Positions 63,088 through 64,000 of a stretch of DNA of 64,000 nt are shown one piece after another. The stretch lies in the NCBI GenBank assembly GCA_000002435.2, contig CM018789.1. One strand, 5' to 3'. This DNA comes from Giardia intestinalis. Its lineage: Eukaryota. Each line of letters begins with the position of its first letter. The stretch's first letter is position 1. The translations under genes were made by a program, and so were the position numbers. The notes below the pieces were generated by a model that made no database searches, was not told the DNA's origin, and saw only the letters and a program-made list of their open reading frames with translations.

Positions 63088-63169
63088 CGGCGCCAGCGGG
63101 ATTCGAACCCACGCGTGCTGCGCACAATGATTTATCAGGTCATCGCCTTAACCACTCGGCCATAGCGCC
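63088..63169 (-). tRNA. class II tRNA (long variable arm, Ser-type), anticodon folds as GAU by hand
   Basis: Minus-strand sequence GGCGCTATGGCCGAGTGGTTAAGGCGATGACCTGATAAATCATTGTGCGCAGCACGCGTGGGTTCGAATCCCGCTGGCGCCG folds as 7-bp acceptor, Ser-type D arm GCCGAGTGGTTAAGGC, T loop TTCGAAT, 14-nt variable arm, G73 discriminator. It is closest to eukaryotic tRNA-Ser(GCU) but the anticodon loop is CTGATAA and position 31-39 is a C.A mismatch. Confidence 0.7.
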
Positions 63170-64000
63170 GTCGCCTGCGCGAGAACATATAAATTGTATA
63201 GGTAGTATGATTGTATTGGCCGGGTTTACTCGCTGAACGAGGCGCTCTGTGACTGAAGGACGCTCGCCCTACTCGTGTTGTGCGGAAGCAGGAGGCTGCG
63301 CCGCCTCCGGAAGCTCTGGCATCAGCCGGAACACCTTCCAGACCCGCCGCGGAGCTAAGGCGCGACCCCTGCCGCCCAGTAGCATGGCCGAGGCCGCGGG
63401 GTTGAGCGGACGACAGCACCAGAGCGCCCGGCTCGTCCAGGGCACTGCGAAGCGCCGCCCCTCGCAGGGGACACACTCCGACGCCAGGAGAACGAGGGCC
63501 GCGGGTGCAGTGGGCGCCTGATGAGGCGGCGGAAAAGCCGCGCCTCTCGTGCGAGCGCGTGAAGCACTCGTGGACGCGCTTCCGGTGCTTCAGGTCCGGC
63601 CCGGGCCTCAGGAGCCTACTGGAGACGGAGCACCCTACGCTGGAGTGGCACCAGGCGAACGTTGAACTAGTAGGAGCGGAAAAGCACGTGCCCGTCCTGC
63701 ATGAAGACCCCCCGCAGCGAGGCCGTCCAGACGCATGCAGCACAGACACCGGATGCAGGGCGTTACTGAGTGGAACAACGGGGATAGAGAAGGACATCCT
63801 CTTCAGCGCCCATTGTGCAAACATCCTCAGGGGAGGGTACCTACCACCCCGCAGAGCCCAGTCGAGGGCCGAGGAGACGTGCCCCCCACACAGCAGGGAA
63901 GTGGAGGGGCGGCATTCACCAGCCCACTGCCTCGCCTCGAGGGGGAGCTGCCCCCTAACGGTGCCACCGGCGACCAGCACCTTGCTATCCAGAGGGCCGG

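Noticed and set aside
63135-63980. 281-aa minus-strand ORF in the GC-rich terminal segment
   Set aside because: Overlaps the tRNA gene by 35 nt, low-complexity Arg/Ser/Gly/Ala-rich translation, and ORF length is not far beyond chance for ~68% GC; kept only as a note in findings

Overview
The window reads as intron-poor, gene-dense protist DNA with Giardia-type features, not a prokaryotic locus. Basis for the Giardia call: a Cys-rich surface-protein gene ending in the CRGKA tail with GGCY and CXXC motifs; AGTRAAY polyadenylation signals overlapping or just after stop codons (e.g. AGTAAAC at 42873-42879, AGTGAAT at 19843-19849); A/T-rich initiators directly upstream of ATGs; intergenic spacers of tens of bp. 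Several ORF-track entries begin at non-ATG codons (GTG/TTG), so I moved those starts to the first in-frame ATG. The middle of the window (13.2-46.7 kb) is a run of ordinary housekeeping genes: a VSP, Nudix, EF-1beta, NEK kinases, PheRS-beta, an inactive cathepsin B, a SAS-6-like protein, eIF3j, RRS1, a TPR protein, a Myb protein, CCT-epsilon, RPS18 and an LRR protein. The unusual part is the repeat architecture around it. (1) A 7.85-kb block appears twice in direct orientation: 2998-10846 and 46829-54677, offset 43831 bp, every overlapping ORF translation identical. It holds a 2.9-kb ORF-free stretch, a 1151-aa high-cysteine membrane protein (HCMP) gene and a MEC-17/alpha-TAT tubulin acetyltransferase gene. 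(2) The second copy is the left arm of a large palindrome. A third, inverted and about 99.7% identical copy (56728-61650) carries alpha-TAT and an HCMP variant whose stop codon is lost. The two arms surround a GC-rich spacer of about 2 kb. (3) The same GC-rich spacer sits after the first copy at 10847-12950 in the opposite orientation. In copy 1 the right palindrome arm has decayed to about 250 bp and is followed by a 1621-aa VSP whose ectodomain is 13.0 near-identical 294-bp tandem repeats. A class-II (Ser-like) tRNA whose anticodon folds as GAU sits at 63088-63169 beside a GC-rich terminal segment. An artefact of assembly cannot be excluded for the perfect repeats from the sequence alone.
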